From: Trueperaceae bacterium
GTDB taxonomy: Bacteria; Deinococcota; Deinococci; Deinococcales; Trueperaceae
Direction of reading: 5' to 3'
Length of the DNA: 64,000 nucleotides
Assembly: GCA_965214405.1 (NCBI GenBank)
Contig: OZ243956.1
Location: 1,952,001-2,016,000, forward strand
The translations under genes and the position numbers were made by a program. Positions 56,542 through 64,000 of the stretch are shown one piece after another (the first letter of the stretch is position 1; each line of letters begins with the position of its first letter). Below the pieces are notes generated by a model that saw only the letters and a program-made list of their open reading frames with translations, searched no databases and had not been told where the DNA came from.

Positions 56542-57966
56542 TTAAAGCAAGGGTGACATCACCGCTTCGCTACCCAGAAAGTAACGCGTCCCGCCCACGT
56601 CGACAAATAGCAGCCGCTGGTTACGGTGCTCCCCCACAAAAGCTGCCGCCACATCGCCGTCTCGAAGCCCTTCCGAAAGGATGCGCCCGTCAAACTCATC
56701 CGGACCTGCTAAATCCAGCAATGTGCTCACCGTCGGGGCGATATCGGTGGTGCCGCTCGGCTGCTCGCTCACAACGCCAGCTCTAAAACTCGGGCCGTAA
56801 GCGAGGCAAAAGGCGCGCAGGTCGTAGGGCGACGCGCTCCCGTGCGTGGCTTTAAGCGACGCCAAAGACGTGAGCGCGTCGACTGTACCGGGCACGCCAA
56901 AGGCGTTAGGCGCGTCTGACCAGGCGGCGCTCACCGCAAAGAGCGGCTGGCGACCCAAGGAACACACGCCTTGCACCGCCTCGAGCGCGACCGTACCGGG
57001 TACCGACGCGTCACTTGCGAAGACCACGTCGCACCAGGGCTGCGCGTTTAGCCACGACGCGAGCGCCGTTAGGTCTGGCTCGCTTGGCACGGTTCCGGGC
57101 GGGCTGTAGATCGCGTCTCCCACAGCCATAAATCGGGAATTCAGCTTTAGATGTTCATGCGCTGGACCCAAATACTCTCCAAGTGAGCGGTGCGCTTTGA
57201 CGCTCGAGTGCCCGTGGTCGCTCACCAAAAACAGGTCGGTGTCGTCTGCAAACCCTCTATCTTCCAAGGCCTCGAGCACACGCGCGATGCACCCGTCGAC
57301 CACGCGCAGCGCCTCCCCAGCCTCGGGCGAGCCGAGGCCGTAAAAGTGTTGGCTTGAGTCGGGCTCGGACAACCACAACACCATGACCTGGTTGGCGGGG
57401 TCGTCGAGCAGCACGTCGACAAGCACCTCGGTTGCCCAACGCGCGCGCTCGAGTTTACTTCGGCCCCTTTCTTCCGGCACCGGGCCGAGCTTTTCATGGA
57501 GCGCCAGCAGGTCGGGCTCGCCAAAGTGCGACGACGGGTTGAGGACGCGGCTCGGGTGCCGCGGGTTCCAGAGCAAGGACGCGCCGGGGGAGCTCGAGGC
57601 CGCCACCGCCAGCCGCGCCCCCCGCGCGTGGAGCCGGTCACCCAAGGTCGGCGCTGCGACAAAGGGACCGAGCTGAGCCTCGAAGCTTCGAAGATGCCTG
57701 TCGTTAGAGGTGTCGATAAGCCCGTCCTCGCCCGCGCCGGGCACGACCATGAGGTTGGCTAGCACCCCGTGCTTGCCCGGCTTTACGCCCGTCGTGAACG
57801 TCGTCATGTTGACGCGCGTGTGGGGCGGGTAAGCGGCATAAAAGGCGTTAAAAAGGGTGCCTTCCTTAGCGAGGCGGGTGTAGGTCGGCATGAGGTCGGG
57901 GCTCACCAAGTCCGGCCTCAGCCCGTCCGCGCCGATGATAATGACGCGCTTCTGGTTAGCGGGCAT
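56542..57966 (-). CDS. alkaline-phosphatase-superfamily nucleotide pyrophosphatase/phosphodiesterase
   Basis: 'IIGADGLR', Thr nucleophile 'PPHTRVN', 'EPDSSQH', 'SDHGH', 'ATHG', 'DIAPT'. Confidence 0.9.
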   Translation of the reverse strand: MPANQKRVIIIGADGLRPDLVSPDLMPTYTRLAKEGTLFNAFYAAYPPHTRVNMTTFTTGVKPGKHGVLANLMVVPGAGEDGLIDTSNDRHLRSFEAQLGPFVAAPTLGDRLHARGARLAVAASSSPGASLLWNPRHPSRVLNPSSHFGEPDLLALHEKLGPVPEERGRSKLERARWATEVLVDVLLDDPANQVMVLWLSEPDSSQHFYGLGSPEAGEALRVVDGCIARVLEALEDRGFADDTDLFLVSDHGHSSVKAHRSLGEYLGPAHEHLKLNSRFMAVGDAIYSPPGTVPSEPDLTALASWLNAQPWCDVVFASDASVPGTVALEAVQGVCSLGRQPLFAVSAAWSDAPNAFGVPGTVDALTSLASLKATHGSASPYDLRAFCLAYGPSFRAGVVSEQPSGTTDIAPTVSTLLDLAGPDEFDGRILSEGLRDGDVAAAFVGEHRNQRLLFVDVGGTRYFLGSEAVMSPLL

Positions 57967-57991
57967 GAACGCTCCTCATGGGCACTCCTAA

Positions 57992-58016
57992 AGAAAAGCC
58001 CCGCTTGTGGCGGGGC
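57992..58016 (-). terminator. stem-loop plus U-tract after SBP
   Basis: GCCCCGC-5 nt-GCGGGGC followed by TTTTCT on the minus strand. Confidence 0.6.
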
Positions 58017-58022
58017 CGAAGC

Positions 58023-59612
58023 TTACTCGAAACTCAGGTTGTCGGCGCGTAGGTCCATAAAGTAGAAGCTGTAGAGTTGCCACTGGATATCCTTACGGAC
58101 GCCGTAGGACTCGAGCGGCTGGTAGAGCACCGTACCGGGCGCCTCGTCCTCCCAGACGTCGAGCATCCGCTGGTAAGCGTCGTAGCGCGCGTTCACGTCG
58201 AGCGTGGCGCGAGCCATATTACCGAGGTCGTTATATTCCGCGGGCGGCGTCCAGTAGCCCCCAGCCTGGGGCGTGCCCTGGGGTCCCCAGGAGCGGAAGA
58301 GGCTGCCGTCGAAGTCGGGATAAATGGCCGAGTTCGACCAGTTCACCACCATCGAATCGGAGTCGTCTGCGGGCAGGCTCGGCTGGTCGGCGGTCTGCAC
58401 CTCGGCGTTGATGCCCACGCCGCGCCACATCTCCACGATCGCCTGTGCCGCCTGGAGGCCGTTCGTGTAGTAAGTGGGGCTGGTCCTGAAGACGATGGTC
58501 TCGCCCCCGTAGCCGGACGCTTCAACGAGGGCGCGCGCCCTTTCGGGGTCGTACGCGGGCTGGGACCGGTCGGGGTTGTACAGCGCGCCGTACTCGGGAT
58601 ATTGATGCCCCCGCGGCACGACGGCCTCTCCACCCCAGAGCGCGTCCGAGAGGAGTTGGCGGTCGATCGCTAGGTTCATCGCCTGGCGCAGACGCTCGTC
58701 TTGCAACACCGGGTGGCTCGTGTTGTAGCGCAGCACGTGCGTGTTCGCCAGCACGACACCGCGCGTCTCATAGTCGTCATAGCGGTTGATGGTCGCTAGC
58801 TGGTCGGGCGGGATGTTGGTCACGATACCCGCCTCGCCGTTGACGAGCGCGGTGATGCGGGCCGACACCTCCGGGATGACCCTAAAAGTGACCTCAGCCA
58901 CGGGGGGCGTCTCGCCCCAATAGGCGTCAAAGGCCCCTAACACGATGCGGTCGTCCGCGCGCATCTGGGCAAATTCGTAGGGGCCGGTGCCCACCGGGTT
59001 TTGCGCAAACCCGTCGAAGCCGACCTCCTCAAAGTAATTCTTGGGAACGATTTGCGCCGCCCACGAGGCGAGGCGCTGCTCGAGCAACGGGTCAGGCTCC
59101 TTGGTGATGATGCGGATCGTGGCGTCGTCGGGTGTTTCGATGCGGTCAAAGGTCGCAAAGTAGCCCTTGGCCTCGATGTAGGGGGAGTCGGGGTCGAGAA
59201 TCCGCTCAAAGGTAAATTTAACGTCCGCGCTGGTCAAGGGGTCGCCATTATGAAAGGTCACGTCGTCGCGCAGTTTAAGTTCTAACTCCGTGTCCGACAG
59301 GCGCTGCCAACTCGTTGCCAGCATGGGGACCAGTTCGTTGCCCCCGCCCTGACCGTCCGAGAGAAAGTTGCGTTCGATCAACGTGTCGTAAATATTATAA
59401 ATCACGCGGGTGCCGACGTTGCTCAGCTCGGTGGCGGGGTCCAAACCTCCGGGGTTGCCGGCGACCCCGACGACAAGGTTCGGACGATCTGCATTCTGCG
59501 CGAACGCGAGCGGGGAGAAGAGCGTAAAGAACAGGATGAGAAACAGAGTAAAAAACAGAGTAAAAAACGGGGTTGAGCGTAATAGGGTGAGATGTATGGG
59601 TGCGCTTTTCAT
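58023..59612 (-). CDS. family-5 ABC substrate-binding protein, AccA-like
   Basis: Signal peptide 'AFAQ'; 'SNVGTR...DTLI.R.F', 'LASW..IVPK', 'PVGTGPY', 'YYTN', 'NWSN', 'LYQP'; ATG 59612 with GGAGG. Confidence 0.9.
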   Translation of the reverse strand: MKSAPIHLTLLRSTPFFTLFFTLFLILFFTLFSPLAFAQNADRPNLVVGVAGNPGGLDPATELSNVGTRVIYNIYDTLIERNFLSDGQGGGNELVPMLATSWQRLSDTELELKLRDDVTFHNGDPLTSADVKFTFERILDPDSPYIEAKGYFATFDRIETPDDATIRIITKEPDPLLEQRLASWAAQIVPKNYFEEVGFDGFAQNPVGTGPYEFAQMRADDRIVLGAFDAYWGETPPVAEVTFRVIPEVSARITALVNGEAGIVTNIPPDQLATINRYDDYETRGVVLANTHVLRYNTSHPVLQDERLRQAMNLAIDRQLLSDALWGGEAVVPRGHQYPEYGALYNPDRSQPAYDPERARALVEASGYGGETIVFRTSPTYYTNGLQAAQAIVEMWRGVGINAEVQTADQPSLPADDSDSMVVNWSNSAIYPDFDGSLFRSWGPQGTPQAGGYWTPPAEYNDLGNMARATLDVNARYDAYQRMLDVWEDEAPGTVLYQPLESYGVRKDIQWQLYSFYFMDLRADNLSFE

Positions 59613-59696
59613 GCTGCCTCCAGAGAGAAGATTCGAACGGTGAATGTGTCGGCCTTGCCAAACAGCTGCGGGTGTCTTACTCATCTCCTCTCGCTT

Positions 59697-60599
59697 TCAG
59701 CGTTCAAGGTTGGGGTCGAGCACGTCGCGGAGCCAGTCGCCGATGAGCGAGATGAGCATCGTTAAGACGACGATGAGCGCGCCCGGGATGGCGGCCACCC
59801 ACGGGGCGGAAATCAGGTAGTCGCGCCCCTCGCCAAGCAGGAGGCCGAGCGAGGTGTGGGGCGGCTGGATGCCCAGGCCCAAAAAGGAGAGGGCGGACTC
59901 GAGCAAGATGATGCCGCTAAAGTTCATGGTCGCCAGCACGATGAGGGGCGAGGCGATGTTGGGGAGCACGTGCCGCAAGGCGACACGCCAGCCCGACGCG
60001 CCGAGCGCGCGCGAGGCCTCGACATAGGGAAGCGTGCGCGCGAGCAGGACCTGACCGCGCACCACGCGGGCGTACTTGTCCCAGCCCGCCAGGCCGATGA
60101 TGACGATAAGGACCAAGGGCGCGGTGCCGAAAAGGGCGACGGCGGTGAGCGCGAGCAGCGTAAAGGGCAGAGCGGATTGCGTGTCCACCAGAAACATGAC
60201 CAGGGCGTCTAGCCCCCTGCCGACCAGCCCGCTGGCGAGGCCCAAGCTTGTTCCTAGCGTCAAACCGATGACCATGCCTAAAGAAGCCACCCCCAAGGAC
60301 GTTCTGAGCGCGAACAGAAGCCTCGAGAAGACGTCCCGACCGAGCCCGTCGGTGCCGAGGGGGTGCTCGAGCGTCCCGCCCATCAAAAGGGGCGGTTTGA
60401 GGCGCGCCAGCAGACTCTGTTCACGGATGTCGAAGGGCGCCAACAGGGGGGCGGCGAGCGCGACGAAGAGAAGCAGCGCCGCCAGCCCGAAACAAACGAG
60501 GATGAGTGGCGGGGTTACGGCCAGAAACCGGCTCACCCGCCGCGCCGCTTTTCTCTTTGGTTGTGCGTTTTGAGAGCGCGTAGATGAAAGCAGCGACAT
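59697..60599 (-). CDS. Dpp/Opp-type ABC permease (DppC-like)
   Basis: 'HPLGTDGLGRDV.SR', 'YVEASRALGAS', 'GDWLRDVLDP'. Confidence 0.95.
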   Translation of the reverse strand: MSLLSSTRSQNAQPKRKAARRVSRFLAVTPPLILVCFGLAALLLFVALAAPLLAPFDIREQSLLARLKPPLLMGGTLEHPLGTDGLGRDVFSRLLFALRTSLGVASLGMVIGLTLGTSLGLASGLVGRGLDALVMFLVDTQSALPFTLLALTAVALFGTAPLVLIVIIGLAGWDKYARVVRGQVLLARTLPYVEASRALGASGWRVALRHVLPNIASPLIVLATMNFSGIILLESALSFLGLGIQPPHTSLGLLLGEGRDYLISAPWVAAIPGALIVVLTMLISLIGDWLRDVLDPNLER

Positions 60600-60602
60600 G
60601 CG

Positions 60603-61520
60603 CTAAAGCTCCCGGATGCGCGGGTCGAACAGGCCGTAAAGCACGTCGACCAATGTATTGGCGAACACCACCGTCGCGGCGATGACGAGCACGCTAAACT
60701 GCAACACGGGAAAGTCCCGCTCGGCCACCGCCGTCACCACCAGGCGGCCCATGCCAGGCCAGGCGAAAACGGTCTCGACGATGACCGAGCCGCCTATCAA
60801 GGTGCCGACTTGCAAGCCGAGCACGGTCAGCACGGGCAGGCAGCCGTTACGGAGCCCGTGTTTCAAGACGATCTGGACCCGCTTAAGGCCCTTGGCCCGC
60901 GCCGTGCGCATGTAGTCTTGCTGCAACACGTCCAACATGCCGCTCCTGGTGAGGCGCGCGATGCCCGCCGCCGACGCGGCGCCCAGCGTCAGGACGGGCA
61001 TGAGGTAGTGTCGCCAGTCCCCCTGCCCGCCGCTCGGCAGCCACCTCAAGAACAGGCTGAAAACGAGGATGAGGGCAATACCGAGCACGAAGTTTGGGAG
61101 CGCCTGCCCGAGAAACGCGAGAGACATAACGAAGCGGTCGAGCGGGCCGTTGCGGGAGAGGGCCGCCACGACCCCCACGGGAACGCCGATCAAGAGAGAC
61201 ACGCCGAGCGCCAGACCCGCGAGTTTGAGCGTGGCGGGGATGCGCTCGAGAAACAGCTCAACCACGGGTCGGCGGTCCATGTAGCTCGCGCCGAACTCGC
61301 CCTGAGCGAGACTGTGCAGGTAGCGGACGTACTGTTCCGTGATGGATTGGTCGAGCCCGAGGTAGCTGCGCAGATCGCGCTTTTGAGCCGCCGAGGCGTC
61401 ATCAGGCAGCAGCCACATGATGGGGTCGCCGCTCAAGCGGCCCGCAACAAAGACCGCGCTGACCACCACCCAGAGGGTAAGCAGGCCGCGTAAGAAGCGC
61501 CGGACCGCGAACGCCGTCAT
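60603..61520 (-). CDS. Dpp/Opp-type ABC permease (DppB-like)
   Basis: 'GEFGAS', 'DYMRTARAKGL', 'ETVFAWPGMG', 'DPRIR'. Confidence 0.95.
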   Translation of the reverse strand: MTAFAVRRFLRGLLTLWVVVSAVFVAGRLSGDPIMWLLPDDASAAQKRDLRSYLGLDQSITEQYVRYLHSLAQGEFGASYMDRRPVVELFLERIPATLKLAGLALGVSLLIGVPVGVVAALSRNGPLDRFVMSLAFLGQALPNFVLGIALILVFSLFLRWLPSGGQGDWRHYLMPVLTLGAASAAGIARLTRSGMLDVLQQDYMRTARAKGLKRVQIVLKHGLRNGCLPVLTVLGLQVGTLIGGSVIVETVFAWPGMGRLVVTAVAERDFPVLQFSVLVIAATVVFANTLVDVLYGLFDPRIREL

Positions 61521-61715
61521 AGCAGAGGTGCTCCCGCCGGGCGGGCATCTAACGCGCTTCGCACATACGTCTCCATCCGGGCCAATCTATTGCACGGACG
61601 TCACCCCGTTGTCAGCCCCCGCTCGCGGTTCCCGCTTTCTTAGGGCTGGCGTAGTAGATCGTGTTTTACGGAATTGCCCGGACCACACTTGTACGCTTTT
61701 GTATAAACACGCCTC

Positions 61716-61747
61716 TTTTGCAGCGAAATGGGCCGAAGCTTGCATAA
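61716..61747. repeat. 32-bp palindromic site E (GGGCC spacer class)
   Basis: TTTTGCAGCGA-AATGGGCCGA-AGCTTGCATAA. Confidence 0.55.
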
Positions 61748-61814
61748 CCACCCACGCCCCTTGTCAGGGTCACCACGAAATATGAAGATAGTCGTGCTAT
61801 TTCCGGAATAAGCA

Positions 61815-61846
61815 TTCTGCAAGAGACGCGCGCGTCTGCCGCGTAA
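61815..61846. repeat. 32-bp palindromic site C (CGCG spacer class)
   Basis: TTCTGCAAGAG-ACGCGCGCGT-CTGCCGCGTAA, enclosed by GAATAAGC (61806-61813) and GCTTATTC (61851-61858). Confidence 0.8.
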
Positions 61847-61868
61847 AACCGCTTATTCATGACCGGGC

Positions 61869-62330
61869 TTACGACGCGAGTCTCGGGTCGAACACGAAAG
61901 GCTCAGCCTCGTAGACCTTGACCTGCGGCCAGTCAGGATGTAGGGAGTTAAGCAGCACGTTGAGCTGTCCACGAATGACGACACTCGGCACCCTCAAAGC
62001 GACGCTTACCTGCTGATCAAACCAGGCGTCACCAATGCCTGTACTCGCTGTTGTCTCTTCTGGGGCATCCCACCCTTTGGGTAGCGCGTCTAAATCGAGG
62101 CTGCGGACGAGCGCATCCGGCACCTCGGCGGTAATGACGCTGTAATGGTCGCGCAGGAGCTGCGCCCGCTTTACATGCACGAGAATCTCTAGCGCCGCCG
62201 TCGCCGGGTGCTCGCTTGCGTAAACTACAGCGCGTCCTGACGTATTCCAGCGACCGCCTGCGCGTTTGCTGCCAATCCCGTCGAACGCGGTAGCAGCGTA
62301 AATGGTCTTCGTTAACCTGTAAATTCTCAG
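61869..62330 (-). CDS. RES-domain toxin 2 (non-canonical CTG start)
   Basis: Frame reads LRIYRL..YA..AFDG.G....GGRWN..G..VVYASE..A.A.LEILVH...LRVPSVV....N.LLN..H...F.FDPRL; in-frame TAG immediately upstream of the CTG. Confidence 0.85.
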   Translation of the reverse strand: MRIYRLTKTIYAATAFDGIGSKRAGGRWNTSGRAVVYASEHPATAALEILVHVKRAQLLRDHYSVITAEVPDALVRSLDLDALPKGWDAPEETTASTGIGDAWFDQQVSVALRVPSVVIRGQLNVLLNSLHPDWPQVKVYEAEPFVFDPRLAS

Positions 62331-62782
62331 CTAAATACACCGTATTCAATGCGCGTCAGGAGGGCTTCTACGCGCTTAGCGCCCGCCTCATTACGAGCAT
62401 ACTCGAGTGGGGTGCGGTCGTTCAGAGCGACCGCAGGACTCGTCATCCACTCGTCGGCGGCTTCGACGCTCTCGAGCACGTCTGCAGCGCGCGCGTAGAG
62501 GTCGACCAGACGATAAAAGCGGTCACTCTCCGCTGGGGAGAGCTGCCCTTCGCTGCGACGCCGCGTGAGGGTGCGGTCGCTCATTTTGAGCACCGCTTTG
62601 ATTTCGGAAGCCGCGTCGGGGGCTAGCCGCAAGAAGGCCTCGAGCACATCAACGTTAAACCCGGTCTCGATGTGTTCAAAGACGTTCTCATGGTCAGCTG
62701 TTGAACCGAACACACGGCTCAGCAGATGCCTGCCCGGGCTCGTTTGAATGTTATCCAGTTTCGGCGTCCAGACTGTCATCAC
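62327..62782 (-). CDS. Xre/ParS-type antitoxin (HTH + DUF2384-like)
   Basis: 'SDRTLTRRR..G.LS..ESDR', 'WMTSPAVAL....P', 'RIEYGVFS'. Confidence 0.92.
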   Translation of the reverse strand: MMTVWTPKLDNIQTSPGRHLLSRVFGSTADHENVFEHIETGFNVDVLEAFLRLAPDAASEIKAVLKMSDRTLTRRRSEGQLSPAESDRFYRLVDLYARAADVLESVEAADEWMTSPAVALNDRTPLEYARNEAGAKRVEALLTRIEYGVFS

Positions 62783-62792
62783 TGTACCTCCG

Positions 62793-62840
62793 CGCCATTT
62801 CTGTTGTTTATATTACCACAATGGCGAATATGATGACAAG
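62793..62840 (-). promoter_or_regulatory. promoter and putative autoregulatory inverted repeat of TA module 2
   Basis: TTGTCA-18 bp-TAATAT on the minus strand; CGCCATT (62793-62799) / AATGGCG (62820-62826) bracket the -10. Confidence 0.55.
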
Positions 62841-62919
62841 TGTCGATCACGGGAAAGGCTGAGTCTTCTACGACTGTGCAGAGTGAAGGGGTGGCCAGAA
62901 CGACAGCTCACTCAAAGTC

Positions 62920-62951
62920 TTGTGCGACAAACGCGCGCGTCTGTTGCAGAA
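62920..62951. repeat. 32-bp palindromic site D (CGCG spacer class)
   Basis: TTGTGCGACAA-ACGCGCGCGT-CTGTTGCAGAA. Confidence 0.8.
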
Positions 62952-63027
62952 GGGCGTACGCACCTTACACATCAAAGTCGGCGCTTCAGCAGCCAGGTCT
63001 CTGCCACACTCTAGGCGGCTACTATGG

Positions 63028-63681
63028 CTACGGCGTCGCCCTCACCAACCCCCTCTCAACCAACGAGCCGATAACCTCGTCAACGAGCTCGCCGACCCTC
63101 CGCCCGTCCGACTCGAGCACCCGCCACCCGTTCAGCGACTCGAGAGCGCGCTCGAAACGTGCTTGATCCTTACGCAACCACTCCGGATCGCGCGACAACC
63201 CACGCCCCTCATCACCCTGAACACGCCGTAAAGCTTCCTCATATGAGACCCGCAAAGCGAGCAGAAGCGTCTCGGGGTCCGAACACACCTGCTCCACAAA
63301 GTCGGTCCACGCCTCGTACCACACCCCGGCATCCCCGCCAACCATATAGCTTGACCAAACATCCCCCTCGAGCACGACCAGGTCCACGCCAGCCTCGAAG
63401 AAGCCGTCCACCAACCCTGCCGCCGCCCGCCGCGCCCCCGACCACGCCTCATGGGTGACCGGGAATCCTTCATGTCCACACGCCATCTCGACGACGAGGT
63501 CCAGATCAACAGCCACCGTGCGTACCCCGCCCGCCGCGAGGCGATCACCCAGAGCACGCGCAAAGGTAGATTTCCCGGCCCCGCTGCACCCGACCACAAC
63601 GACCAAGATTCGACCCTCGGCCACACTCACCTCCACATCACCCCCGTTCTCTCCTTCCAAGCGTACAAGCCGTCTCGGCAA
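63028..63681 (-). CDS. P-loop kinase-like protein (AAA_18/AAA_33 type)
   Basis: Walker A 'VVVVGCSGAGKST', 'VVLEG', lid 'EEALRRVQGD..R'; true start probably near 63630. Confidence 0.75.
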   Translation of the reverse strand: MPRRLVRLEGENGGDVEVSVAEGRILVVVVGCSGAGKSTFARALGDRLAAGGVRTVAVDLDLVVEMACGHEGFPVTHEAWSGARRAAAGLVDGFFEAGVDLVVLEGDVWSSYMVGGDAGVWYEAWTDFVEQVCSDPETLLLALRVSYEEALRRVQGDEGRGLSRDPEWLRKDQARFERALESLNGWRVLESDGRRVGELVDEVIGSLVERGLVRATP

Positions 63682-63778
63682 CTGATCGTTACATCAAGAG
63701 ATTATGCGCGAAACCTTCTGTGGGACGATCTACTGTAGGTAAGAACCGTAGAAGCGCGCACCAACGCGAACGTCCTTC

Positions 63779-63810
63779 TTCTGCGACTTTACGGGCCGTT
63801 CGCCGCATAG
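63779..63810. repeat. 32-bp palindromic site F (GGGCC spacer class)
   Basis: TTCTGCGACTT-TACGGGCCGT-TCGCCGCATAG. Confidence 0.6.
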
Positions 63811-63890
63811 GCAAATTGGCGAGGCGGTTCGAAGTTCTATTTAGGTTGCTTTGGCTGAAGCGCTCAACCTTTCGGCCGTGTGTTAGGGGT

Positions 63891-64000
63891 TCAACCCCCC
63901 TCGAGCGCCCCCGCCAAATCCTCAATGAGGTCGTCCGCCCCCTCGAGCCCGACCGACACCCGCAGCAAGTTCTGCGGCGTCTGAGAATTGGGGCCTTCGA
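63891..64000 (-). CDS. PLP-dependent trans-sulfuration enzyme (cystathionine gamma-synthase/lyase), C-terminal end
   Basis: 'EGPNSQTPQNLLRVSVGLEGADDLIEDLAGAL' matches the Cys/Met metabolism family C-terminus. Confidence 0.8.
   Translation of the reverse strand, partial: EGPNSQTPQNLLRVSVGLEGADDLIEDLAGALEGG

Noticed and set aside
62029..62349. 106-aa ORF as the toxin N-terminus, or a frameshifted RES gene
   Set aside because: The RES motifs are continuous in the 61869 frame up to CTG 62330; this ORF is an alternative-frame artefact
54342..63810. Classical integron (IntI/attC) or CRISPR interpretation of the repeated palindromes
   Set aside because: The recombinase lacks the IntI insertion; the sites lack RYYYAAC...GTTRRRY attC ends; spacing is kilobase-scale and irregular and there are no cas genes

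Overview
A GC-rich bacterial chromosomal window. Lineage is probably Deinococcota (Trueperaceae-like), inferred from signal-peptide style and apparently leaderless genes, not proven. It is dominated by accessory carbohydrate uptake and catabolism clusters. (i) 1-9.4 kb: a CUT1 ABC transporter, a 1232-aa secreted multi-domain glycoside hydrolase, a GH4 glycosidase, an MFS transporter and a PfkB kinase. (ii) A LacI regulon in two blocks (10-18 kb and 36-51.5 kb), tied together by four copies of a 22-bp palindromic operator. It contains two paralogous ~880-900-aa cytoplasmic tandem beta-propeller proteins, a sulfatase, a split Opp-type ABC transporter, a CoA transferase, a fused GMC oxidoreductase, an enoyl-CoA hydratase, an ALDH and a GH88. 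(iii) Two unrelated sugar clusters lie between those blocks (GH2/DgoD and AraC/Gfo-Idh-MocA) and end in an IS1182 fragment. (iv) 51.8-64 kb: a TetA(P)-like MFS with a structured leader, decayed TetR/MFS remnants, then a XerC/D-like tyrosine recombinase followed by co-oriented minus-strand modules (RES-Xre TA, AccA-like ABC plus phosphodiesterase, second RES-Xre TA, P-loop kinase). These modules are punctuated by six related 32-bp palindromic sites in two spacer classes, a candidate recombinase-built cassette array. No rRNA, tRNA or CRISPR array was recognised. All family calls come from motif recognition by eye, not database searches.
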